Assembly (NCBI GenBank): GCA_013265495.1
Contig: MU057416.1
Span: forward strand, 1,420,545 to 1,484,544
Direction of reading: 5' to 3'
Source: Vicugna vicugna
Lineage: Eukaryota
Length of the DNA: 64,000 bases
Part shown: positions 12,759-25,349 of the stretch, one piece after another
Numbering within the stretch: position 1 is the first letter of the stretch
How the letters are laid out: each line of letters opens with the position of its first letter
Translations under genes and position numbers: made by a program
The notes under the pieces: generated by a model
What the model saw: only the letters and a program-made list of their open reading frames with translations
The model's database searches: none
What the model was told of the DNA's origin: nothing

Positions 12759-13215
12759 CACCTGAGCGGTCAGTGTTTTGCTGGAATTCAACAAACGCGT
12801 GTGGAAAGGAATCGCGCGCCCAATGGAACTGGCTCTCACAACTGAAACCTTAACTTTATAAAATAGCAGAGGGAGGTTCTCCCTTTGTAGACTGAACTTT
12901 CACTTTGGACTCGCATGGCCCCACACGCAGAGACTGATTTATGAACACTCCTGGATGATTCAAAGGACAGCCAGGGACTGACTGTGGATTCCTCCAATGA
13001 AGAGCGTGTGTCCGCATCGGAAGGTAACATTTAGGCAAAAATACTCCCAGAGCGAGGTCTTCAAGGGGACAACCACCCAGTCTGAAGGCCCCTCGAAGGA
13101 AAAGTAGGCCAGACCCAGCTCAGAAGGGACCGCCGTGAAGGGACCCCCAGGCCTTGGGGACTTGCATTCTGAGAAATTACTTGTGAACAAAGAAGCAGCC
13201 TTTGTTTTTCTAGAG

Positions 13216-13522
13216 CAGGAACCTGCAAAGTTTTTTGCAAAGGGCCAGAGGGGGCCTGTTCCAGGCTTCGCAGGCTGCACGTGTCTCTGTGGCAAGGACC
13301 CCGCTCCCAGGAGCCCCAGAGCAGCCGGACAGCACGCACGAGAAGGGAGACCGAATTCCAGATGGCCTCTGGTTACATGAAACTCAGGTTTTCATATGTC
13401 CATAATTGTCACATCGCAAGATACTCTCTTTTTTTTTTTAACCATTTAAAAGTATAAAACCACCTTCAGCGTGGGGCCAGACAAACACCAGCAACGGGGC
13501 CAGGTCTGGTTTGCTGACCCGG
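13216..13522. mobile_element. MER58-like hAT DNA transposon
   Basis: cagg...gcaaagttttttgcaaagggccag start and gtttgctgaccc end. Confidence 0.6.
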
Positions 13523-14862
13523 CTTCACAAGAACGAATGCAGGAACGTGTCTGTCCCTGCGTTTGCTTAGAAACAGATTCAGGAGCAAATCAGAGCTTGT
13601 TAGTAAGTGGACTGATTCAGCAAAAGACGCATTTGGGGATAGAGCCGATCAGACCCAGCCCACCCCCCATTCCCGCCCTCCCAGGCCACAGGAACTGGGA
13701 TTGATCCTCCAATGGCGCGGGTACTTGAGGTGCCGGCATCGCGGGGGGAGCTTGCTCATCCCAGCTCCTTCCTCACTAGCGGGGTCACAGGCGGCGGAGG
13801 TGTGCAGAACCTCAGGCCGGGGATGGCTCTAGCAGGATCTTCATCACTCAGTCTGCCCGCCGTGGAGGCGGCTTTTGCTGTCCGTTGGGTCACCAAAAAT
13901 ACCAGCTCTGGGTCCCCAAGTGAACAGTTTACAGGTGTTGATTTACTCAAACACAGGCCTATTAAATACGAGCCCCAAAATTTGGAGAATCCAGAGACAC
14001 GAAAACTGGAGGTCAGAGATGGGGTGCGTTCCCACACCCAGCGGCAGGAGGGCAGTTTCCCTAAAGTGATGCAGGACAGGTTCTGGCAACAGTGGGACCC
14101 TCGACCACGAAGCAGGGAAAAGCCGCGAGCAGAAATTGAAATGCTTCCTTTGCTTCACAAACACATCTGCCTCGGTTATTTCATTTACCAGTGTGTGTGG
14201 CCACGCTGCCATATGTCACACACAGCTCTTGGTCACAGAAACATGCCAATGCATGGTGAAATTCCTTTGGAGAATTTCCCTCAAAATACTGAGGACCATG
14301 GAGAAGAGAGATGTGTTTATGGTGGACCCAAAAAGAGAGAATCCACATGGAGATGGTTTCTTGTCTCTGGTGAAAAGATGAAGGAGACAGAAGGGGTGGG
14401 GCCGGGGGCCGGGGGGAGAGATGTGGAAGAAGAACCCAGGAGCTAGTGCTTTTTCCTCAGGGAGAGCCTGCTGGCAGTCAGGCTCCCTGTGGTGACTTGC
14501 AGGGTGGCCCTGGGGCCCAGCACAGAGGCACTCCAGAATCACAGCCGCCGGGGGCGCCATAAGTGTTTTATGGGCCATGTTGCTCGCAGCAGCCTCATCT
14601 TCGCCGGGAGTCGCTACCACCTAACAGTACAGAATAAAGACCAGTGTCCAGCCAGCGCAACAGCGAACCGCCCAGCCCGACCCTAAGCTCTCAGATGGGC
14701 TCTGCTGGCACAAGCTTGCCCGATCCCATAGGTGGGACCAAAGCCCTTTTCTGCAGCAACATCAATGCTCTTTTAGGGAAACTTTCCAATCACACACAAA
14801 GCAAGACCCACATGCCTGACAGCCGCGGGGCTGTTGCAGAAAAACGTGCTACAGCTCAGGCG

Positions 14863-15342
14863 TGACAGCAACCTGGATCCGGGCAAGAGACCAAGCAGCA
14901 CTCGGAGGGCTGGAGAACTCACGTTTATTACGCCAGCGGGCCCAGAGGAGTTAACACTCCAAGCTCTGAACCGCCTCGGAAGGTTTACACAGGCTTTTAT
15001 ACGCTGCCAGTTTACACTTTGCAACATCATATGTAAATAAGGTATAACAAAAGTTGACTAATTAGAACAAGCTTTGTAGAAATGGACCAATCAGGAGGGA
15101 GAGAAATAACCAATCAGGAGTGAGCTCCATGCAAATGAAGCAGTACAAATGGACCAATCAGGAGTTAGCTTACGGAACCAATAGAATTTTAGCGGTAAGT
15201 TCCACTTTCCTAGAAGTAAGCCGTTTCAGAGGCAAAAAGTGAGATAAAGCCGCTGGGCCAGGAAACCAGGTGGTGCTGGCAGGAGAGCAGTGGCCCTGCC
15301 TGGAGGTCCTGCTGGTCTGTTTTTATGGGGCTTCCCGCCTCA
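14863..15342 (-). mobile_element. Solo LTR, 480 bp, 5-bp TSD (class III/ERVL-type TSD length)
   Basis: TG...CA termini; TSD aggcg (14858-14862) / aggtg (15343-15347); minus-strand TATA (~14995-15001) upstream of AATAAA (14924-14929). Confidence 0.8.
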
Positions 15343-17436
15343 AGGTGAGGCCCCAGCACAGTGGCTGAAACCCTGAAAGCTGCGTCTCATTAAAGTGGAG
15401 ACTGAGTGAGAAAGTTTAAACAGAGAACTTAGGGGAGAAGGGGGAGGCTGAATGCTCCGTGGAAATAGTTCCACCTGAGAAACAGCAGAGCAGGTGGCCG
15501 GCTCCGGCCTTCCACGCGGCCCTGGTCAAAGAGCCAGCTTCCCAGCCGGGCGGCCGCCCTTCAGGCAGTGGCCCAGGCTTCCCCGCAGCCCTGGTTTCGG
15601 TGAGTCCAGTGTCCTTGACGATGCTCATTTCTTAGGAGTAATAAACAAGGTGGCAAGATATTTTCAGCATTACGAGACTTCACAGAAGGAAGCGAACAGC
15701 AGCCCTGGCTTCCCTGCCAGGAGGAGCAGTGCTACCATCGCTGAAGACAGAGCCTGCCCGGAACTGCCCCTGGCTTCCAGGCTCGCGGGAAGGCGCCACA
15801 CGACTGCCTCATTCCATTACGCTCCACCAGGGAGAAATGAGCATTCCTCTCAGCCGCCGCAGGGGAGACCGGCTCCCACGTGTGCCCGGAGGGCCAAGGA
15901 CCGAAGTCCGGCCGGAGGGCGCTCGGGAGGCGCCTCGGGAAGCCCCCCCACCACCCGCGCGCGTGCTCGCGGCGCGCTCCTGACGTCAATGACTTACTCC
16001 TCCTGGCCTCGAGGTAGAAAGAGTGGGTATAAAATGTCACAAGAGGACTTTTTGAGAGAGTTTGGAGATACTTCTTTTCACTATATTATGCACCAAAAAA
16101 ACTTTTAATCGCCCCACTTTCGTCTTCAGTTACTTGGAAGTAAGGGCTTCAAGGCCAAGACAAGTCTATCAAATTCCTGTGAGATGCTGCCATCTAGTGG
16201 CCGGTGTGAGCACTACCGGCATGACAGGACTGCCCCTCAAATTCTGGGTGTTTTTTGGAAAACCCATGAGCTTCCTTTCACCAATATTTCCACTAATTGT
16301 ACTGGCTATCGCTTCTCAGCCCTCAAATTAATCTTTTCTTTCAGTGTGAATAGTACAAATGAGCCATAATAGAACCCAGAAACGACTTACGTTGAAGGAT
16401 TAAGGGGTCTTTTTGTTTGTTTTCTTGCTTGTTTGTTTGTTTTGGATAAATGGGCAGAAAAAGATACAGCCTTTTAACTTGAAAACATGAAAAGCAGAAC
16501 TACAAATCCACCCTTGACATTTGAGAGGAAAGCGCATAGGGGGCGAATTCTGTGACTTCGCAGAAAGAGCTAGCAATAAACATTGACAAGGTACTATGTG
16601 ATGAGCAGGGCGCAGGTCACTTGCTACACGTATGGAAAGCGTGGGGGGTGCTTCACACGTGGTATCCCATGTGGTCTTCAGAACACACAGCTCCGTGCAA
16701 CCCCGTGTCTTTTCCACAAACGTGGACGCGTGAATGAATGCATGAATAGGCCCTGCGGCAAGAGCTGCCGGCGCCCACCAAACTCTGTCTCCTCTTCCCA
16801 GGCGCAATGAGATCGCATTTCTGTCCCCTTTGCAGTTGACGTGACCATGCGACCAAGCTCCGCCCTTGGAACATTCCGTCCAGGCCTGGCCGATTAAAAC
16901 CTCCTGTCTGGGAGCCTCCTTTTCTCCCCTCTGCCAGCCAAGCAGGCGACTCCAAGAAACTAAAGGAAGGTGGGGGGCTGGGACCCTGAGTGGCTGCGTA
17001 GAGCAGAGCCCCCCACCCTCGCCGGATCGTAGCATGAGTGACCAGTCAAGGGCCCCAGCAGCGGTTCTGCCCCACCGAGGCCAACTCCGAGGCAGACCCT
17101 TTGAAGTTATAAACACTGCTCTTCTGTACAATAAAGACATCCTGCGTGGCTGTCATTTTAACTTAAGGCTCCCACGACGGAATAAAGAACTGGAGCTTTA
17201 CGTTTATAATTAATTCACACCCTCATGGGAGAGTCTTCATCAAGTCAGAGAGAACTTAAAGAGAGTTGATTTTCTCTCTCTGTCTCCTTCTGGGGTTTCC
17301 ACGGAAGCTGGGAGAGCCCAAAGGAGAAACCGCTGGCTCCGAGGCGGCTTAAAATGCTCAAGTTCCATCGGTGTTCAGGGCACCTGTAAGGTGGCATGTT
17401 CCGTGAAATCAAGCAACAGCTGCATCCAGCACATCT

Positions 17437-18010
17437 TTATTTTTTTTTAATTTTCTAAAAATTTTTATTGAAGTATAGTCGGTGTACACCATGTTGATTT
17501 CTGGTGAACAGCATCGTGATTCAGTTACGCACATTCACGTATATATACATTCCTTTTCATATTCTTTTTCATTATAGGCTATTTCAAGGTATTGAATATA
17601 GTTCCCTGTGCTCTGCAGTGGCCTCACTGTGTATCTGTTTTACATATAGTAGTTTGCATCTGCTAATCCCAAACTCCCAATTTACCCCTCCACACCTCCT
17701 TCCCCCGGTAACCACAAGTCTGTTTTCTATGTCTGTGAGTCTGTCTCTGTTTTGTAAATAAGTTCATCTGTGTCCTTTTTCTAGATTCCACATATGAGTG
17801 ACATCATATGATATGTCTTTCCTCGTCTGACTTACTTCACTTAGTTTGATGATCTCCAAGTCCAACCATGTTGCTGCAAATGGCACTGTTTCATTCCTTT
17901 TGATGGCTGAGCAGTGCTCCACGGTGTAAACACACCACAGCTCTCCCCAGTCAGCTGTCGGTGCATGTTTGGGTTGCCTCCAGGTCTTGGCTGCTCTAAG
18001 TAGCAGTGCC
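17437..18010 (-). mobile_element. 5'-truncated L1 3' end
   Basis: T-tract plus ttattgaagtatagt...; colinear with the L1 copy at 40495-41040. Confidence 0.9.
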
Positions 18011-18824
18011 TGCTCCTAAGGTCGCCGGCTCTGACCCTGACTCAGCTGAGTGAGGAGCTTGACTTCTCAGGCGACGCGCCAAACCACAGAAAGGGGGGAG
18101 TGCAAAACGCAAGGCTGTGTCCGTACCGCGGAGCCCCCACACCCGAGGCGGGAGCCCTCCGGGTTCCTAGGAGATGCAGGCCCTCTCGGCGCGTGGCGGT
18201 TCTGAGCCTGAGCGTCGTCCTGACAGTTAAAGCCACTTTGGCTCTTTGATGTCCCTGTGTGTGTGTAGCTTCTCCTTCCGCAGTTGCCCACCTAACTGGT
18301 AGGTTTCAAGGCATCTGCCGATGTTTTTTCCCTTTCTAATTGTTCTGACAAGGATATACGTCCCGTTCGGTATGGATCCCCCGAGAGAGCTGCTACCTGC
18401 CTCCAATTTTCCTCTGTCACCTGCCAGCCACTTTCAGGGCGTCTTCGTGTTGGGTTAGAAATAGAAATGCCCCCAGAAAGGGGGGGGGGAATCCACCGAG
18501 AAACACTGTATTTCTATTGACGTACAGGCTTATAAAATTCAAATACAATTCCATCCTTTAAAATTTGACATTATTTTAACATGTATCTGAGAAAATAGAC
18601 AGTCGAGAATAGGAAATTTTAGCAGAAAAGGATGAAGGAGGATTTGCCTAATTAAAACCAATTTAAAGACACATTAATTAAAACAATGGGGTAATGACAT
18701 GAGAACAAATACCGATCAATGAAATAGAGCAGTGGTTATAAAATGGGTCCTCAAATATTTAAGGTACCAGGGCATTTATCTTTATTATTTAAATCGCAGA
18801 CTAATGAGGAAGGGGTAGAGTGTG

Positions 18825-19170
18825 TGACACTCACACTGGTCGGAACGGCCAATTACAAAGTCCACAAACAATAAATGCTGGGGCGAGTGTGCAGAAAAGG
18901 GAGCCTCCTGCACTAGGTGGGAGTGTAATTCGGTGCAGCCACTACGGAGAGCAGTATGGAGATTCCTTTAAAACTAAAAATAGACTCACCATATGATCCA
19001 GCAGTCCCACTCCTGGGCGTACATCCAGAGAAGATGAAAACTGTAATTCAAAAAGGCACCTGCACCCCAGTGCCCACAGCAGCACTGTTTACAACAGCCA
19101 AAACACGGAAACAGCCCGACGTCCACCCATAGACACCGGGTAGAGGAGCTGTGCTGTATACACAATGGGA
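18825..19170 (+). mobile_element. L1 ORF2 C-terminal fragment, GC-shifted
   Basis: cagccactacggagagcagtatggagattcc...atgatccagcagtcccactcctgggc. Confidence 0.85.
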
Positions 19171-21815
19171 CACTACACGTGGATCAGTGACTGCCGGTGG
19201 CTGTCCCGGCCCAGGGCAGCCCCTGCTCTGTCCTCGCCCCTGGGACCAGGCAGCACCATTCAAACAAGGAGGACCGAGTCCAGAGCAGCAGACTGGCTGC
19301 CTCGCGGTTCAACCCCGCCTCAAGTTCTGAAGGAGAGATGGGCAAAGCCCCTTTAAGGAACAGCAAGGGTCAGCAGAAGACCAGATTTTTAAAAAACAAA
19401 CTTCATAACTTAAAGCACCAACAGCGCCTGGGTGCGAAGCTCCCCCACTAGCACCAGACCTGGATGCGGTGGCAGGAGGGAGGGACAGGCCACGTGCTGT
19501 TAGAGCGGAGGGGAAGCAGGTCCAGTGTGTGGGGTCTCCTTTGTCCTGAAAGATCGGAAGGTGGTGTGGCCTGACCTCTCGGGCAGCCGTGCGGCTGGCG
19601 GGGCCTGACGGTGATGAAGCTTGTTCCAAGCTGCGCGTGTGGTTTAGATTCTTAAATCTTCAAGGGTGACAGGCATTCTTCTTTGCCAGCATTGCTTCAC
19701 ACCTGAAGTCCCCGAGGGCCCCGAGTGGCCGGCAGGGAGCGGTTACCATGACGACCCGGGATGAGCGTGGAGGTGGGACATCACCCGGAGCAGCTGCGTG
19801 TGCCTGGAACACGCTGTTCCGTTCCAGTCTGGCCATCCGACCACCTCCCTCCCCGAGGCAGAGTCGCGCAGGAGGCTTCCCCCAGCCCCAGAGTGCAGGG
19901 TGCACACCCCAGTCCTGCCAGGCGGGAGCCGTGTGGCCCGGCCCTCGTCTCCAAGGAGGAGGTGGTAAGGTTAACGGGAACCTCGCGAGGAGGAATGAAC
20001 AGGGCCTGCGTGTCCCGTCGTGTGCGGGTGGTTCTCCCCACGCAGGGCCGTCCCGGCAGTGGGTGGGTGAGAAGGCGCCTTGTTACTTCTGTTACCCCTC
20101 TGGGCAGCCCTGCCAGGCTCTCGGGCCCTGGGTCACCCATCTCTCTCCTGGACCCGGTAAACCACCATCCTCTAGGGTTTGCAGCAGGAAGTTCAGGCCT
20201 GTTGACGTGACAGGGACAAAGCAGCAGGGGCTGGAAGGTTGCCCTGGGCACCCCACCCAGGAGGTGATCGCAAGCGTTCAGAAACAAATTGACACATCGG
20301 TGCTGGTTTAAGTGAGACATGAGCTGGGCTCTCTAACCTGTCAGCAAGCCTGTTAGTTGGCTAAAGACCCCATAACCGAGGGCTTGGCAGGCTGCCTGGG
20401 GTGGAGTCCTTGCTGTCTCCCCGCCGGGAGACCCAGAGGCCGAGTCACGTCCCTGAGGGTGAGGGGCTGCGCCTGCAGAGCAGGGAGGCCCCACAGATGC
20501 CAAGAAGCACCCCAGGGGACAGCCAGCCAACTCCCGCTCAGGGAGCAGAAAGGGCAGGAGGGACAGGCTGTCGCCTCTCCCGGCCCTGCCCTCCCCAGTC
20601 ACCTCTGCCTCCAGGAGGGAGCAGGTCTGCAGGGTGAAAACAGACCCCTCTCCCCTGTCTGGACCTGGCTTCAGCACTGCCAGAGGCCCGTCAGCGATCT
20701 GACTTCCCTGCAGCGCTACTGTTAGCTGATCCCGTGTACAGATCTGCGGTGTGTAACACACATGGCTGTGAGGAAATTAAGGTTTCAAGAACATTTTTGA
20801 TTTATTCAGTTCAATCCTATTTGTAAAAAGCTAATCAGGTTCAGTTTCCAGAATCACCCACACGAATTTTATAGTCCCGTTCAGCCTTTAAACGGCAGTA
20901 GGGCAAACGCTCCGGTTACTCAGAAGCACCTACAGTCGGAATCAGCGCTGAGGAGTTTAGTGGTCAGTTTCTGGTGGTTTCATATGTTTGTGCTACATTA
21001 GGAATGTTAACATACTCAAGAGTTTGCACTGTTGGGTGTTAGTTTGTACTCTTGTCCTGGGCTAGTTAAGCAGAAAACCGCGGGAGAACGGACATTCCCT
21101 GATTTTCACCGCAGATTCGGAGGACGTGCGGGTGAGCCGTCCTGGGCTGCCTTCCATCTGAGCCCTCGGCCAGCAGGGACCAGGGCGGACGCCGTGTCAC
21201 GACTCCCGCACGGGGACGGCAGGGCCCCAGAGCACAGGGAGCCCCACCCGGACGGGACGGGACGGCCCTGAGACCCGCCCCCGCCGCGCGAGAGGACAGA
21301 ACACAGCTCGGTCTCTCAGGACTGGGAAGACCGTGGAAGGCATTGCAGTTGGCACAGGATACCCCTCGGCTCTGAGATAAGGGGTAGCTTTTTAAATCTT
21401 TCCCCAAAATGGGTGTTAGGTTTAAAAGAAAACCCTTCCTACTCTGAAAAGGGGCAGAGTCTCAGGGCCCTGTGTGGCCGCTGGCCGGCAGGTCCCTCGG
21501 GATGACGGTGGCCTGAGTGCCCCCCGGGTACCCCTGCTCTGGGTGTCTTCACCCACGGTGTCGGCCACGAGCGGCCCGTGACCCAGCGGCAAGTCTGCAG
21601 CCTGGGGCCCTCACGTGCTTTGTTCCCTGGAGATAACTGAAGAGTGGGTTCTGCTCTTTTTTTGGGGCAGTTGCCCTAAAATATCATCGTGAAAATAAGG
21701 ACCATCTGTTGGAAGGTATTAAGCTGGTGGTTCTTCACCTGCTCAACGAAAATGTCTGGGGAGGTTTAGAAACGTACAGGCCGTCCCCACCCCTCCCCAC
21801 CCCACCCCAGTGGAA

Positions 21816-21973
21816 TCGGGGCCCTGGGGGTCGGGGCCCTGGGAGTCGGGGCTCTGGGGTCAGGGCTGTGGGTCAGGGACCTGGGGTCAGGGCTCTGGGT
21901 CAGGGCCCTGGGAGTCGGGGCTCTGGGTCGGGGCCCTGGGGGTCAGGGCTCTGGGGGTCGGGGCTCTGGGTCG
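21816..21973 (+). repeat. G-rich minisatellite, ~11 copies of a 13-15 bp unit TCRGGGCYCTGGG(RG)
   Basis: Direct reading of the tandem units; embedded in a MER5-like element. Confidence 0.9.
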
Positions 21974-22069
21974 AATTTTCGAGGAGCCCCGGGTGATGCT
22001 GACGTGCAGTTGTGTTGGGGCCTCTTCTCTCCGTCAGGGTCAGAACGTCTGCGTCCTGACGCTTGTGTT

Positions 22070-22210
22070 CATTATGGCACCAGCTGTGTGACCTTGGGCA
22101 AGTCCCCCAACCTTTCTGTGCTTTATTTTCCTCAACTTTAAGATACAAATAATGGTAGTAGCTAACTCGCAAGGCTGTTGTGAGGACTGAGGTAACGAGT
22201 GAGTCTTTAA
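22070..22210 (+). mobile_element. MIR SINE remnant
   Basis: agctgtgtgaccttgggcaagtc...aacctttctgtgcttt...ggctgttgtgaggactgag MIR core. Confidence 0.7.
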
Positions 22211-25200
22211 TGATGACTGGTCATGGTTTTTATGTTGAAATGACAGGGACAACTCTTGAGAGTCACCAGGGAAGTCTTCCCTTCCTCGTCTGGTCAGCAC
22301 TGCATCTGTGGACGGAACGGAGCCGCCTCTCTCCTGGGCAGCAGAGGCGGCTACACGTCCCGATCTGGGCCGAGTTACCTGAACCACCTACTGGCCCCGG
22401 TCGTTGGACCGTGTGCCCTGTGCCTCTGCCGCCGCTGCTCTCCTGATCTCCAGTCTTGTAGAAGCTGCTGACAATTCAGGCGTTGCATCTGCTGCTTTGT
22501 TACCTAAACGTTAGGTCAAGAGCAAGACCCTCTGAGGACGCAGCTCCGGCGCTCAGAGAGGACAGACGCGCCTTCCCGCGGCTGCCCACCCTCACTATCT
22601 CCTGGCAGCCGCCGCAGAACAAGCCGGTTGCTCTTTGTGTGCAAAACTTTCCTCAAGGTCAGTTTGCTGGTGCCCCTGCTGACATCCTGCAAAATGAAAT
22701 GCGAGGATCATTTACCCCTGGAATACATCTCACCTCCCGAGAGCTGCAGGCCTGCCGCGGCCGCCTCAGCCGCACCCGGGCCGTGAGCCACACGCAGCTA
22801 CTCTGCATCGGGTCCGCTCTCCACCGTGGAGCATCGTTCACGGCCACGTCAGTCCAACCTGAGCCTGCACTGCCCGCCTGGCCGGAGGGCCTGGATGGCC
22901 GGCTTGTCAGTCAGGCCGACAGGCCAGGGGTGCGAGGCAGAGCTTCAGGAAGGCCCCGCTCACGGGACGATGTGGCGCCGAACGGTCGTCAGGGGCACGC
23001 GTGACACTTGGCCCCCTGGTTCGCCCGCACAGGCAGAGGCGCGGCCATGCTCCACGGCCGCCCCGCCAGCCCCACGAGGCCAAGGGCGGCAGCCGCGCGC
23101 GGCAGGGAGCGGTGATTCGCCACAGCTGCCTCAGGATGGTTTATCTGCGAGCATGACTCTCTCCAGAGGCCTGGGTGAAACCAAGAGCAAACAGACGTTA
23201 CCTCTACTCAGGGGGTAGGGTGTGTTTTCACAGTGAAACTGTTAAAGGAAGTTGCGGGAGAACCTTCCTGTTAAATGCTAAAACACTGAGCAACCTGGGA
23301 CACCGCAGACGTGTGCACCGACAGGCACGTTCAGGAACGTCCGTGTCAGCACTACCGTAATGACCACACCCGGGGAATTAAACGTCTGCCAGCGAGACCC
23401 CGGCCTCACGCGTCTCGTCCCCCTGAGGACCAGCCTGCACGAGCCTGCCTGTGGCGACGGTGGATTCGCAGCTAGTAGTGCACTTTTCCACGGCCGTCTG
23501 CGTCCCTCCTGCTCACTTCCTTTCAGCCGAAGCACGTCCGACGGCCGGAGGCGGGCAGGGAATGCCCCCGCCTCGCGGGGAAGCGCTGGGAGGTGGCAAG
23601 CCCAGGGACGGGGTCAGGGAGGGCGGTCAGCGCGCAGTCTATCCACAGGCACACGGTAAACCATGATACCCGCACCCGGCGGAGCTCCACCCACGAGCTA
23701 ACCCCGCGCAGCAGGTCAGACATGGAGCTCCCAGGTGCGGCCCGTCCGTGCACAGTCCAAACGCAGGTACAGCTGACGGCCTGGAGACATCGGGCGGGGG
23801 CTCCTGGGGGCTTGTCACGTTGTTTCTTCCTCCGGGCCGCGGCCACCCTGCTGTCTACACGCAGCGAAGACCTTGCAGGACACGTGATGCGTTCGTCACT
23901 CTTCAGCTAAAAAGCTGACTTGAAGAGAACTGGGCGCGCCAGGCAGTCTGAGGCCGGCGCAGACAGAAGAACACGAGTGTGACCTGTCTGGAGGTGGGTC
24001 TTTGGGAGAGAATCAAGTTACAATGAGATGAAGCAGGGACCAGCGTCCTAACAGGTGGGCGAGGTGTGGAGACAGCCGTGCAGCGGGACCACGGGCGTCT
24101 GCACACCCAGGAGGGGCCTGGGCCAGGCCCGCCCTCGCCCTGCTGACACCCAGCCTTGGGCTTCTGGCCTCCAGGCTGCAAGACAGATCGTGCCTCAGGT
24201 TTGTGACGCTGTGACGGCAGCTGTGAGAATGAGTGACCCCCACACCCCTCCTCCTCCGGCCGAACGTCTGGATACCAGTCTTTTCCTCTCTTTCATCACC
24301 CTCCTGTCACCACATCACCAATCTGGTCCGTTTCCCCTCCTGTTTCTGGGAACCACTCCCGTCTCCTCCCGCTTCCATGAGCACCTCCCAGCACCCGACC
24401 AGCCCCTCCATCCACTACCCGACGCGCAGCGATCCTCCTGGAACCCAAACGCCAGATCACTTCCTGGCCTAAACCCGTCCAAGGCCTTGCCCTGGGCTCA
24501 GGCCTCCCCGGATGTCCTTCCGAGGACGTCCAGGCCGCAGGCCCCGCCCTGTGGTCCTGCCGGTGACGGGCATGTGCCGCGATGCCCGCCCCCCCACCGC
24601 CCCCCGCCCGTCCCGTCAGGGCGCCAGCCATGCCCGGCATCGTGCAGGGACCCGAGCAGGAGGAGGTCCGAGAAGGCGGCAGCATTCAGTTAAGCAGACT
24701 GAGCCTTTATAACGACAGGCTGTGCAGGGCGGGCGGGACCGGGCGGCGTGGTGGGGGTACGCCTACTTCAGCCACACCTGGGGCCGGGGTGCGCGGCGGC
24801 TGCCGGCAGGCGCTGAGCGGGCCGTGCTTTGGCAGCTGTGGCAGGAGGGGTCGGACGCCGAGCTCTGTTCGGTGCTGGTCTGTGCGCAGAAGCGCGCACT
24901 GAGAGCTCTTGTGTAGAAGCAGGCGAGGAGATAAGCTCAAATTTAGGAAGAGCCTCCCGGAGGTGGGCGGGGCCAGGGAGCTAGGGAGCCAGCAGCAGAC
25001 AGATGGGTGGCCTCCCTGGAGGAGGAGTCCGCGGAACTGGTCCCGCTGGGTGACGGGAGGCGTGAGGGAAGAGGAGCAATGTCGTGAGACCGTGAGGGCG
25101 ACCGCGCGGGCGTAATGATGGGACCCTGTGCCTGTGATGGGGAAGGGGGCGGACACGGGCTTTATGAACGATTTTCTACTTGCTAGGAGTCAGACCTCAG

Positions 25201-25231
25201 ACCAGAGACGAGACTTAAGAAAAGCATTCTC

Positions 25232-25237
25232 TTTATT
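25232..25237 (-). terminator. Probable KIF14 polyadenylation signal (AATAAA)
   Basis: tttatt on + strand at the end of AT-rich UTR-like sequence, followed on the minus strand by GU/U-rich sequence and then GC-rich intergenic DNA. Confidence 0.55.
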
Positions 25238-25321
25238 ACGACATGTCTTACCAGCACACGATTCTAAGAGCAAATATATTTTCCACCATTGTTCAAATAT
25301 TGTGGAACAATCCAGAGTATA

Positions 25322-25349
25322 AATATATATATACACACACACACACACA
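25322..25349. repeat. (TA)n(CA)n compound microsatellite in the KIF14 3' UTR
   Basis: aatatatatatacacacacacacacaca. Confidence 0.85.

Noticed and set aside
13712..14446. 244-aa + strand ORF as a gene
   Set aside because: No recognisable domain or splice context; such ORFs arise by chance in GC-rich, stop-poor DNA.
16400..17140. 246-aa minus-strand ORF
   Set aside because: Overlaps what looks like a decayed MaLR/MLT LTR; no protein-family resemblance.
21816..21973. CRISPR-like array or Gly-rich coding repeat
   Set aside because: Head-to-tail units without unique spacers, in mammalian DNA; an ordinary minisatellite.
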